Assembly: GCA_041498975.1 (NCBI GenBank)
Contig: JBGQJI010000014.1
Span: forward strand, 1-29,562
From: Candidatus Methylomirabilis sp.
GTDB lineage: Bacteria > Methylomirabilota > Methylomirabilia > Methylomirabilales > Methylomirabilaceae
DNA: 29,562 nucleotides
Reading direction: 5' to 3'
This document shows positions 21,014 through 29,549 of this stretch, in pieces. Every line of letters starts with the position of its first letter. The first letter of the stretch is position 1. The translations under genes were made by a program, and so were the position numbers. The notes beneath the pieces are model-generated. The model saw only the letters and a list, made by a program, of their open reading frames with translations. It searched no databases and was not told where the DNA came from.

Positions 21014-21247
21014 TCAGAACTCGGCGGCGACCAGCGTTTCGGTAGCCTGGACCCCTTGAATCCCGCGAATCTGGCCGATCACCATTCGAGAAAGAGCCGG
21101 GATGGTTTTGGCCTCGACCTGCACGATCGCGTCCCAGCGGCCGAAGACAGTGATCACATCCTTCACGCCCGGGATCCCCCGAACCTGAGACATCGCGTTT
21201 GATTCCAAGCCGGGGATCAATCGAACCAGGATATAGGCGCTAACCAT
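21014..21247 (-). CDS. Stand-alone Lrp/AsnC ligand-binding (RAM) domain protein
   Basis: 77 aa with AYILV, IPGV, VFGRWDAIVQVEA and IRGIQGVQATETLV; no HTH. Confidence 0.88.
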   Translation of the reverse strand: MVSAYILVRLIPGLESNAMSQVRGIPGVKDVITVFGRWDAIVQVEAKTIPALSRMVIGQIRGIQGVQATETLVAAEF

Positions 21248-21273
21248 CGGCCACCCCCTGACCTGTCGGCCGC

Positions 21274-21474
21274 TTAGCCCTGCCCTGCCTTGATGGCCGA
21301 TACCGTCCGCACATAGCCCAATGTCCGCAAGAGCTTCTCCCCTTCAGAGGATTTGAGGAAATTCAGCAGATAGTCGCTGAGGTTTCGGGCCATTTCTGTC
21401 GAGAGATATGCCGGGTGACCCGTCGCGCACCAGATCGTGATCTTGTGATAGAGGCTCTGGACATTTCCTTCCAT
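21274..21474 (-). CDS. Hypothetical small protein
   Basis: 66 aa from ATG 21474 with a purine-rich SD region. Co-oriented, with its stop 26 nt before the Lrp/AsnC start. Confidence 0.55.
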   Translation of the reverse strand: MEGNVQSLYHKITIWCATGHPAYLSTEMARNLSDYLLNFLKSSEGEKLLRTLGYVRTVSAIKAGQG

Positions 21475-21591
21475 GGCTCCGTCCCGTCTCCTCTCTTCTG
21501 AGTTCTGTTCCGCGGCGCCCGCGCCGTCAAGGTGAACCACGCTTCCGGCTATGCGGGCGGGCAGTCAAGCAGGGGACATGCGGCTTCAATC

Positions 21592-21620
21592 GGTATAACG
21601 CATTGCAGCATCGCTGTCAA
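21592..21620 (-). promoter_or_regulatory. Putative sigma70 promoter
   Basis: Minus strand TTGACA-17 bp-TATACC, downstream of the mutase terminator. Confidence 0.5.
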
Positions 21621-21786
21621 GCCTTTTTGCACGCATCGCGTTATCTTGCAGCATTCGTGTTAAATCGTTCCCTTTTCTGATGACCTTGGACCTGATGACA
21701 GATCGGCTCGTCATAACGTGGCTCGCCCGTCGGCGGGCCTCTCCGCTCAAGAGGATTCTGGGTCGAATGGGGCATACTCGGTAACG

Positions 21787-21831
21787 CAACAAAAGGCGCC
21801 CCGGCGAAATGGGCCTTACCGCACGGGGCGC
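21787..21831 (-). terminator. Putative Rho-independent terminator after the mutase
   Basis: Minus strand stem GCGCCCCG...CGGGGCGC with a large loop, followed by CTTTTGTT. A second hairpin, GCGTATCG/CGATACGC, lies at 21840-21860. Confidence 0.55.
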
Positions 21832-21860
21832 ATCCCATCGCGTATCGGGCTTCGATACGC

Positions 21861-23531
21861 CTACAGTCCCGTCGGCGATTTGTACTCGCCGAACACTTCC
21901 CGAAATACGCCGCAGACTTCGCCTACGGTCGCGTACGCCTTGACGGCATCGAGGATCGGCGGCATCAGGTTCTCATCACCAAGAGCAGCCTCCCGCAACC
22001 GTTGGAGAGCCGAAGACACGGCACGATTGTCCCTCTCACGACGGAGAAGCTGCAGACTCCTCACCTGTGCAGTCTCCGCTTCCGGATCAGTTCGATAGAG
22101 CTGCAAAGGCTGGGGTTTACCCTCGTCCTGGAATCGGTTGACCCCAACAACGACCCGTGTGCCGGCCTCGACCTCTTGCTGGTGCGCGTACGCCTCTTCT
22201 TGAATCGCCCGTTGCATGTAGCCACGCTCGATCGCTTCCACGGCTCCCCCGGTGGTCTCGATCGCCTCGAGTTCGTCGGTCGCCCGGCGCTCGAGCTCGT
22301 CGGTGAGAGCCTCCACATAGTAGGAGCCGGCCATCGGGTCCACCGTGTCCGCCGCCCCGCTTTCATGGGCGATGATCTGTTGAGTCCGAAGCGCGATCCG
22401 CTGGGCCCGCTCCGTCGGGATCGCCAGCGCCTCATCGAAGCAGGAGAGCGCCATCGACTGAACGCCGCCCAGGACTGCGGCCAGCGCCTGGACCGCCGCC
22501 CGGACGATATTGTTCTCCGGCTGCTGGGCAGTCAGCGTGGAGCCGCCGGTCTGGGTATGGGTCCGGAGCATCCAGGATCGTGGATCCTTCGCGCCGAAGC
22601 GCCCTCGCATGATCTTGGCCCACATTCGACGTAGCGCACGATACTTGGCGATCTCCTCGAAGAAGTGGTTGTGGGTGTTGAAGATCCAGGAAATCCGTGG
22701 CGCAAAGGCATCGACGGGCAAGCCGCCGCGTCTGGCAGCCTCGACATAGGCGATGGCGTTGGCAAAGGTGAAAGCGATCTCCTTCACGGCCGAGGCCCCG
22801 GCCTCCCTGATGTGATAGCCGCTGATGCTGATCGGGTTCCAGCGCGGAACCTGGTCTGCACAGTAGGCGATCAGGTCGGCTGCCAATCGGAGGGAAGGGC
22901 GCGGTGGAAAGATGTAGGTGCCCCTGGCCACGTACTCTTTCAGGACATCGTTCTGGACGGTCCCGGAGATCTTCGAAAGCCGCACCCCCTGCATCTCTGC
23001 AACAGCCACATACAGCGCCAGCAGGACCGCCGCCGGCGCGTTGATGGTCATGGAGGTGGTGACCCGATCCAGAGGGATGCCGTCGAAAAGCACTTCCATG
23101 TCCCGGAGGGAGTCGATCGCGACCCCCACCTGTCCAACTTCCCCGGCAGCCAGAGGGTGGTCGGAATCGAGCCCCATCTGCGTCGGCAAGTCGAAGGCAA
23201 CGGAGAGGCCGGTCTGGCCCTCCTTCAAGAGGTATCGAAATCGCTCGTTCGACTCCTTCGCGGTGCCGATCCCCGCGTACTGCCGCATTGTCCAGAACTG
23301 TCCCCGGTACATGGTTGGGTAGATGCCCCTGGTGTAGGGATACTGGCCGGGGAAGCCCACCGCTTCGAGATAATCCCTAGCCTCCGCGTCCTCCGGAGTG
23401 TAGAGCCGCTTCACCGGGAGACCCGAGGGCGTGGTGAACTCCGGCATTCGCTCTCCGGCCCGCTCAAGAGTGGGCTTCAGCGTCTGCTCCTCCCATGCTT
23501 CTCTCGCGGCCTGCAGCTTCTTTTTATCCAT
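21861..23531 (-). CDS. B12-dependent acyl-CoA mutase, substrate-binding large subunit (methylmalonyl-CoA mutase family)
   Basis: Motifs [47 protein letters not shown] and QQPENN. No DxHxxG B12-binding domain. Confidence 0.93.
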   Translation of the reverse strand: MDKKKLQAAREAWEEQTLKPTLERAGERMPEFTTPSGLPVKRLYTPEDAEARDYLEAVGFPGQYPYTRGIYPTMYRGQFWTMRQYAGIGTAKESNERFRYLLKEGQTGLSVAFDLPTQMGLDSDHPLAAGEVGQVGVAIDSLRDMEVLFDGIPLDRVTTSMTINAPAAVLLALYVAVAEMQGVRLSKISGTVQNDVLKEYVARGTYIFPPRPSLRLAADLIAYCADQVPRWNPISISGYHIREAGASAVKEIAFTFANAIAYVEAARRGGLPVDAFAPRISWIFNTHNHFFEEIAKYRALRRMWAKIMRGRFGAKDPRSWMLRTHTQTGGSTLTAQQPENNIVRAAVQALAAVLGGVQSMALSCFDEALAIPTERAQRIALRTQQIIAHESGAADTVDPMAGSYYVEALTDELERRATDELEAIETTGGAVEAIERGYMQRAIQEEAYAHQQEVEAGTRVVVGVNRFQDEGKPQPLQLYRTDPEAETAQVRSLQLLRRERDNRAVSSALQRLREAALGDENLMPPILDAVKAYATVGEVCGVFREVFGEYKSPTGL

Positions 23532-23598
23532 CTGGTGTTCCTCTTTGAACGAGGGGGTTCAGTGTATAGCGCAAAAAGAATGCAAGAAGGCGCTCTCT

Positions 23599-23633
23599 TA
23601 GACCCTCTACCCTATACCCTATTCCCTACACCC
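23599..23633 (+). repeat. Heptamer tandem repeat (TAnACCC-like, 5 units)
   Basis: TAGACCC TCTACCC TATACCC TATTCCC TACACCC. Confidence 0.7.
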
Positions 23634-23640
23634 TGTCTCT

Positions 23641-24804
23641 TCAGCCTTCGAGCAGTCGCTTCGCGATCACGTCTCGCTGGATCTCGCTCGTTCCCTCAAA
23701 GATGCGAAAGACCCGGGCGTCCCGCCAGTAGCGCTGAACCGGGAACTCCTGAGAGTAGCCGTAGCCGCCGAATACCTGCATCGCCTCCGAGGTGACGCGT
23801 TCGGCCATCTCGGCGGCGAACACCTTCGCCATCCCGGCCTCGAGATCACAGCGCGCCCCGCGGTCTTTCATCTCGCACGCGTAATAGGTGAGACGTCTCG
23901 CCGCCTCGATCTCGGTGGCCATATCGGAGAGCTTGTGCCGAATGGCCTGGAAGGAGGCGATCGGCTGGCCGAACTGCACGCGCTCCTTTGAATACTTCAA
24001 CGCCGCCTCGAAGGCCGCCTGTGCGACGCCGACCGCCCTGGCCGCCGTCTGGATCCTGGCCGACTCGTAGGTGGCCATCAACTGGTAGAATCCCTTGTTC
24101 TCGACGCCGCCGATCAAGTTCTTGGCCGGCGCCGGGCAGTCCTGAAGGCTCAGCGAGAAGGAGCGCATCCCATGGTAGCCGATCGTCTTGATCGGCTCGC
24201 CGGAGATGGCCGGGGGGTTGAATCCATCGCCCGGCTCCTTCTCCACCAGAAAGATGCTCAGCCCCTTGTGTCGTTTGGCAGTGTCGGGATCGGTCCTGGC
24301 CATGAGGGTGAGGACGTGCGCCCGGTTGGCGAAGGTGCACCAGGTCTTGGCCCCGCTTATCAGGTAGGTGTCGCCATGCCGTCTCGCCCGTGTCTTGATC
24401 GAGGCGGTGTCCGATCCCGCGTCCGGCTCCGTAAAGGCCGCCGCTGTGAGTATCTCCCCCGATGCGATCTTTGGCAAGAATCGCTGCTTCTGTTCCTCGG
24501 TCCCGTGGGCCAGCAGGAGCGTCCCGGTGATGAGGCTGCGGGTTGCGACAGAGCCAACGCTCAACCACCCGCGCGACAGCTCCTCGGTCACGATCGCCAG
24601 GCTGACGTAGTCCATCCCCGCCCCGCCGTACTCGGGGGGGAAGGTCAGGCCGAAGTAGCCCAGGTCGGCCATTTTCTTGATGAGGCCGGGCGGGATCTCC
24701 TTGTTATCCTGATCGTACGGGTCGGCGATGGGAACGACTTCTTCTTCGGCGAACTGGCGGACCGCCCGCCGTACCTCTTCATGCTCTGATGACAGTGAAG
24801 ACAC
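23641..24804 (-). CDS. Acyl-CoA dehydrogenase, probably (2S)-methylsuccinyl-CoA dehydrogenase-like
   Basis: Motifs EELSRG, FTEPDAGSD, ESARIQTAARAVGVAQ and IFEGTSEIQ. GTG 24804 has an AGGAG SD; ATG 24837 is an alternative start. Lies between ccr and the mutase. Confidence 0.88.
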   Translation of the reverse strand: MSSLSSEHEEVRRAVRQFAEEEVVPIADPYDQDNKEIPPGLIKKMADLGYFGLTFPPEYGGAGMDYVSLAIVTEELSRGWLSVGSVATRSLITGTLLLAHGTEEQKQRFLPKIASGEILTAAAFTEPDAGSDTASIKTRARRHGDTYLISGAKTWCTFANRAHVLTLMARTDPDTAKRHKGLSIFLVEKEPGDGFNPPAISGEPIKTIGYHGMRSFSLSLQDCPAPAKNLIGGVENKGFYQLMATYESARIQTAARAVGVAQAAFEAALKYSKERVQFGQPIASFQAIRHKLSDMATEIEAARRLTYYACEMKDRGARCDLEAGMAKVFAAEMAERVTSEAMQVFGGYGYSQEFPVQRYWRDARVFRIFEGTSEIQRDVIAKRLLEG

Positions 24805-24905
24805 GTTGAAGTCTCCTGGACCAGATGAGAGCCGCATCGCCTCGACATCCTCGAGTGGCGGGGCGAGCGGAACGGCTACAAGCGAACTGAATGACGTGCC
24901 AGATA

Positions 24906-25022
24906 AGGTTCCAAGTTCCGAGTGCCGAGTTCCAGGTGGCTAAACCGGAGTTGAAGATCTCTCAAGGCAAGCTTCTAATTTGGAACCAGGAACTTGGAAC
25001 TGCAAAGCCGAACCTGGAAGTG
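24906..25022. repeat. Inverted heptamer tandem arrays
   Basis: AGGTTCC AAGTTCC GAGTGCC GAGTTCC, then the reverse-complement units GGAACCA GGAACTT GGAACTG. Confidence 0.7.
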
Positions 25023-25076
25023 CGCAGCTCAGTCGCCCGCAATGATCATGAGAAAGCGTCGTACGCAACCGTTTGC

Positions 25077-26333
25077 CTATGCCGCGACCGCGAACTTCCG
25101 CGTTTCCTCCAAGTTTCGCAGCCCTGTCGCCGGGGTGTTCACCAGGAGGGCCATGTTGCCTGGCGGATGCTGATTCTTCCACATCATGTCATGAGCTTTC
25201 GGAATGCCGTCAAACTCGAACACTTCAGACATGCATGGCAGCACCCGTCCGTCCATCACCGAGTGGTTCGCGGCATCCGCCTGCATCAGCGTGGCGAAGT
25301 GGCTGCCCTGTATCCGTTTCTGCCGCATCCAGACATACGCGGCATCAAAGGTCAGGTTGAACCCCGTCGTCCCCGCGCAGAAGACGACCATGCCACCTCG
25401 CCGGCAGACAAAAGCGCTGACGGGAAACGTCTGCTCACCAGGGTGCTCGAAGACGATGTCGGGATCCACTCCTTTGCCGGTGATCTCCCAGATCGCCTTC
25501 CCGAATCGCTGGACCTCCTTCAGGTAGGCACCGTAGGCGGTGCGATCCTTGGTAGATGGAAGCTGTCCCCAGCAGGTAAATTTCGTCCGGTTGATGTACG
25601 CCTTTGCCCCGATCTCCATGGACCACTTGCCCCGCTCTTCCGTGGAGACCACCGCGATGGCGTTGGCGCCCGCCGCCTTGATGAGTTGAACCGCCATCGA
25701 CCCGAGGCCGCCGGACCCGCCCCAGACCAGCACGTTCATGGCCGGCTGCAGCGTGTGAGGCGGGTGGCCGTACAGCATGCGGAATGCGGTCGCCAGGACC
25801 AGCATGTAGCATCCGGCCTGCTCCCAGCTCAGGTGCTTCGGCTTGGGAGCCAGTTGCTGGGCCTGGACGCGCGTGAACTGGGCGAAGGCCCCGTCGGGCG
25901 TCTCGTATCCCCAGATCTTCTGTTCACGACACAGCATCGGGTCGCCACCGTTGCAGTGGTGGCACTGTCCGCAGGTGTGGTTGCAGTGGACGACGACCTC
26001 GTCGCCGACGTTCCACCTCTTTACAGCGCTCCCGACCTTCCAGACGACCCCCGCCGCATCGCTACCGGCGACATGGTACACGCGCTTGTGCACGTCGATG
26101 GGCGACAGCGGCTGCCCCATGCCCGCCCATATCCCATTGTAGTTGACGCCTGAGGCCATCACCATCACCAGCACTTCATCGGGAGCGATCTCCGGAACAT
26201 CCACGATCTCCCGTTGGAAGGATTGCAAGGGCGGGCCGTGCCGCTCCTTCCGAATGACCCAGGCATGCATCTTCTTGGGCACGACGCCCAATTCTGGGAT
26301 CTGGCCCAGTTCGCAGAGCTCCGACGCTATCAT
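25077..26333 (-). CDS. ccr: Crotonyl-CoA carboxylase/reductase
   Basis: Motifs HAWVIRKERHG, GVNYNGIWA, HVAGSDAAG, IWGYETPDG, VWGGSGGLG, FEHPG and WMRQKRIQGSHFA. Confidence 0.93.
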   Translation of the reverse strand: MIASELCELGQIPELGVVPKKMHAWVIRKERHGPPLQSFQREIVDVPEIAPDEVLVMVMASGVNYNGIWAGMGQPLSPIDVHKRVYHVAGSDAAGVVWKVGSAVKRWNVGDEVVVHCNHTCGQCHHCNGGDPMLCREQKIWGYETPDGAFAQFTRVQAQQLAPKPKHLSWEQAGCYMLVLATAFRMLYGHPPHTLQPAMNVLVWGGSGGLGSMAVQLIKAAGANAIAVVSTEERGKWSMEIGAKAYINRTKFTCWGQLPSTKDRTAYGAYLKEVQRFGKAIWEITGKGVDPDIVFEHPGEQTFPVSAFVCRRGGMVVFCAGTTGFNLTFDAAYVWMRQKRIQGSHFATLMQADAANHSVMDGRVLPCMSEVFEFDGIPKAHDMMWKNQHPPGNMALLVNTPATGLRNLEETRKFAVAA

Positions 26334-26445
26334 CGCTAGTTCTCCACCTTCATAGAACGTGTTCAGCCCTTAGCCACAATGAGTGCAACCGCTCATCGTT
26401 TACACCCGCGAAACGCACCTGCAGGATCAGCACAAATCGCATAAA

Positions 26446-26474
26446 TCTCTATCAGAATTGAAACGTTGTGTCAA
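26446..26474 (-). promoter_or_regulatory. Putative sigma70 promoter for the ccr operon
   Basis: Minus strand TTGACA-17 bp-TAGAGA with TG upstream of the -10, in an AT-rich stretch. Confidence 0.45.
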
Positions 26475-26515
26475 TATCATCATACCGTTCATGGCAACAC
26501 CCCTGTTCTCAAGGC

Positions 26516-26545
26516 AAAAAAGCCACGGGGAAATCCCCCGTGGCT
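26516..26545 (-). terminator. Rho-independent terminator downstream of mlaC
   Basis: 10-bp stem AGCCACGGGG/CCCCGTGGCT followed by a T-tract on the minus strand. Confidence 0.72.
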
Positions 26546-26587
26546 CGCAAACCAAACCAGGTCTTGTACTAATACAGACGCACTAAG

Positions 26588-26764
26588 GAAGTGTCATTGC
26601 GAGGAGCGAAGCACCGAAGCAATCTGACCCGAAGGGTCATTCCGAGCGAAGCGAGGAATCTCACCGGGATTGCGCAGCCTGTCCCGAGCCTTGCCGAGGG
26701 AGCGGCGCCTCGCAACGACACTTCGTGTCGGATTGCCACGCCCCCGTTGGTCGCTCGCAATGAC
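26588..26764. repeat. Composite palindromic element (GTCATTGCGAG...CTCGCAATGAC family)
   Basis: GAAGTGTCATTGCGAGG (26588) pairs with CCTCGCAACGACACTTC (26708), 16/17. A second right arm CTCGCAATGAC is at 26754. Nested units GTCATTCCGAGCGAAGCGAGGAATCT and GTCCCGAGCCTTGCCGAGGG. Confidence 0.78.
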
Positions 26765-26889
26765 GATGTAACAACACTTAGTACGTTCGCTATAGCTACC
26801 GCAATCGTCGCCTGGCTCCGTGCAAGTCAAGAACAGGGATGCAGCATCGGATCGGACGTTCTGTCCGATCAACCGTCGCCGCGGCGTCT

Positions 26890-27555
26890 TCAGCGGACCT
26901 TTGGCTTGGGGGCGCCAATCTCCGCCCCCTCTTCACCCTCGAGCTTGGCCTGCATCTTCTTTACCAGATCCTCATAGGAGGAGGTCCGGATGATCTTGCT
27001 GAACTGGGCGCGATAGTTATTGACCAGGCTCACGCCCTCGATGACGATGTCGTAGACCTCCCAGTTGGAATCGTTGTTGATGAGACGATAGACAATCGGG
27101 ACCTCCTGGTTCTTCTTGGTCACGACCTTGCTTTTTACCTCAGAGTAATTCCCATCAACGGCCTCCCCCGGATAGAGGATCTTTTCCCCTGTGTAGCCTT
27201 CGACTCTGTCGATGTAGGCGCGTTCTAGTAGATCAGTATACAGCTTCACGAACTCCGTCCGCTCCTGGGCGGTCCGCTCGCTCCAGTGGACTCCCAGCGA
27301 GCGTTTCGCCATCTCATTGAAACCGAATCGTCGCAACACCACCTGACGGAGCTTCGCCCGACGCTCCTGAGTCTTCTGCTCGCCCTTGAGGGCTGGATCG
27401 GTCAGGATCTTTATGACCTGGTCAACCGTGGCTTTGACCTGATCTGTCGCCGGACCGGCAAGACTCTCCCTCGGCACCCATAGCATCGACAAGGCTGCCG
27501 CCACCAGCGCGAGTGCTCTCCAAGTGCGTCCCATGTCGGCGTCCCTCTTCCTCAC
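26890..27555 (-). CDS. mlaC: Phospholipid-binding periplasmic protein, MlaC/Ttg2D family
   Basis: Signal peptide, then MAKRSLG..W and WEVYDIVIEGVSLVNNYRAQF. Start is GTG 27555 or ATG 27534. Confidence 0.9.
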   Translation of the reverse strand: MRKRDADMGRTWRALALVAAALSMLWVPRESLAGPATDQVKATVDQVIKILTDPALKGEQKTQERRAKLRQVVLRRFGFNEMAKRSLGVHWSERTAQERTEFVKLYTDLLERAYIDRVEGYTGEKILYPGEAVDGNYSEVKSKVVTKKNQEVPIVYRLINNDSNWEVYDIVIEGVSLVNNYRAQFSKIIRTSSYEDLVKKMQAKLEGEEGAEIGAPKPKVR

Positions 27556-28943
27556 TTCATCTCCTCCTTGACATCTCGGCCCGTGGCATGTTCGATATTC
27601 GCGAGGGCAATGTTGTAGTTGTAGATGGCCTTGTAGTGCTCTGCTCGTAGTCTCGCATAGCTCTCAGCGGCTTGGCCCAAATCCCTGGCCTCCCCGACCC
27701 CAAGGTCGTAGTTGGCCTTTGCCGCGACAAGCCATTTCCGTGCACTCCGCCATCCGTCTTCCGTGGCCCGGATCGTCTCCATCGCCTCGGCCATCTCCCG
27801 CTGCGCCTTCCGCACCTGAAGCGGAATCCCTTGCTCTGCGAACTGCTTCGTCTCCTGGAGCTTGAAGTGCTCCCCCTGGGCCGCCCGGATCTTCCCCCTG
27901 GTGATGCCAAAGTCGAGGTTATACTTCAGGCCAAGGACCACTGCGACATACCGCTCATTCAGGGGATCGTAGGCGAAAGGGTTCTGCTGGCGGGTCCGGT
28001 TCCCCGCTTGGGCGAACACGCCGTTCACGGCAGCGAAGAACTGCGGATACAGGTTGCTCTCCTCCACCTGGACCAGCGCCTCTGTCGCTTTGAGGCCAGC
28101 CCGCACCTGAGCCATCTCGGACCGCAGGTCGAGGGCGGTGCCAATCGCCTGGTCTTCGGGCTCTACGTGTCTTGGCGTGGCATCCAGTCCCTTTGCATCA
28201 AGCTCCAGCGGCTGGCCTGGATCGAGGCCCGCAAATGTCCGCAGGGCGATGGTGGCGAGATCGAAGCCCTTCTGAGATTCGTTTCGGTTCCTCAGTGCCT
28301 CGCCCCGGAACGCCTTCAACTTGTACAGATCCACCTCATCCGCGCCTGGAGCGTCGGCCTTGATCTGTCGCTCCGTCTTATCGATCGCTTTGTCGAGATC
28401 CTCGGTGATTTCGTCGATCAGACCAAGGATGTCGCTGGCCAGGAGCCTGCTGTAGTACAGCTCCTTGATCCGCAGGATCACGTCACCAGCCTTCTCCTCG
28501 ACCTTCGCCCTCTCGACCCTCACCCCTTCGGTCGCGGCGTCGCGATAGCCGGTGATCTTCCCGAAGGTGTACAGCGGTTGGACCAGCGTCATCTCGACGC
28601 GCTCGAACACATTGTCAATGGTGGGGCTATCGTTGCGGTCAGGGGAGTCCACAACGGTCCCGCGGGCCCGAGCCGACGGGCCGACCACCGCAGTCAGTTC
28701 GATCTGCGCGAATCGGGCGGCATCGGCCTGGTCCTTCTTGGCCATGGCCACTTCCGCCCCTCGCTGGAACTGCCGGATCTCTGGGCTCGTGCTGAGAGCG
28801 CGTCGGATCAGATCTTTCAACGTGTACACCGGTTTCTCGCTAGGGGCTTGCGCCCACGCCAACTGTGGGACACCGACGGCTGGCATCAGGGCGAGGGCAA
28901 GGACCATCCAGCGCGCCCCCCTCGTCCGGCTAGCATCCTTCAT
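27552..28943 (-). CDS. TolC family outer membrane protein
   Basis: Signal peptide, TLKDLIRRAL..SP, QPLYTFG, two internal OEP-like helical repeats, and C-terminal ALANIEHATG. Confidence 0.9.
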   Translation of the reverse strand: MKDASRTRGARWMVLALALMPAVGVPQLAWAQAPSEKPVYTLKDLIRRALSTSPEIRQFQRGAEVAMAKKDQADAARFAQIELTAVVGPSARARGTVVDSPDRNDSPTIDNVFERVEMTLVQPLYTFGKITGYRDAATEGVRVERAKVEEKAGDVILRIKELYYSRLLASDILGLIDEITEDLDKAIDKTERQIKADAPGADEVDLYKLKAFRGEALRNRNESQKGFDLATIALRTFAGLDPGQPLELDAKGLDATPRHVEPEDQAIGTALDLRSEMAQVRAGLKATEALVQVEESNLYPQFFAAVNGVFAQAGNRTRQQNPFAYDPLNERYVAVVLGLKYNLDFGITRGKIRAAQGEHFKLQETKQFAEQGIPLQVRKAQREMAEAMETIRATEDGWRSARKWLVAAKANYDLGVGEARDLGQAAESYARLRAEHYKAIYNYNIALANIEHATGRDVKEEMK

Positions 28944-29108
28944 GACCTCCTCCTTTCCTCAAGTAGGAACGGTCCGGCGTCCGATCGGTTCTGGTGCCGT
29001 TCCAACTAATTGCGCCAAAATGGTAAGGCAGGGGAAAGCGATCGTTCTTTGCAGGACTCCTGTCGGCGATTAGCCACAACAAGTCGGAACGGCACCAGCT
29101 CGTGCCGG

Positions 29109-29549
29109 TTAAATCTTCCCGAAGATATAATTCGAGATGAGCTGCTCCATGTCAATGTGGTCCTCAGTGTCGCGGAGCCTGCCGCCCGGCTGGACCAGCT
29201 TGTCAGAGGCCCCGGGGGTGATCCTGATGTACCTCTCGCCGATCAGCCCCTTCGTCCGGATGGACACGATCGCATCGTCCTGGAGCTTGACACCCGGATC
29301 GATGCTCATGGCCACGACGGCCCGATAGTTCTTCAGGGTGATGTCTCTGACCCGACCCACCTCGACACCACCGATCTCAACCACCGACCCGTTCTTCAAG
29401 CCTGCGACCGAGTCGAATTCGGCTAGGACGGTGTAACCTCGGCCGCCGATCACCTCCAGCTTGCCGAGCTTGATCGCCAGGTAGCCCAGGCTAGCGACCC
29501 CCACTACCACGAATAGTCCAACCAGCGTTTCCATGGTCAGTCGCTTCAT
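29109..29549 (-). CDS. mlaD: MCE-domain lipid asymmetry maintenance protein MlaD
   Basis: N-terminal TM (VGLFVVVG), then FDSVAGLKNGSVVEIGGVEVGRV and IRTKGLIGERYI. Confidence 0.93.
   Translation of the reverse strand: MKRLTMETLVGLFVVVGVASLGYLAIKLGKLEVIGGRGYTVLAEFDSVAGLKNGSVVEIGGVEVGRVRDITLKNYRAVVAMSIDPGVKLQDDAIVSIRTKGLIGERYIRITPGASDKLVQPGGRLRDTEDHIDMEQLISNYIFGKI

Noticed and set aside
21621..21786. Cobalamin riboswitch or sRNA near the mutase
   Set aside because: No B12-box or other recognisable core was seen, and the region is downstream of the mutase. An Rfam scan would be needed.
24906..25022. CRISPR array
   Set aside because: The units are 7-bp tandem repeats without unique spacers, and no cas genes are present.
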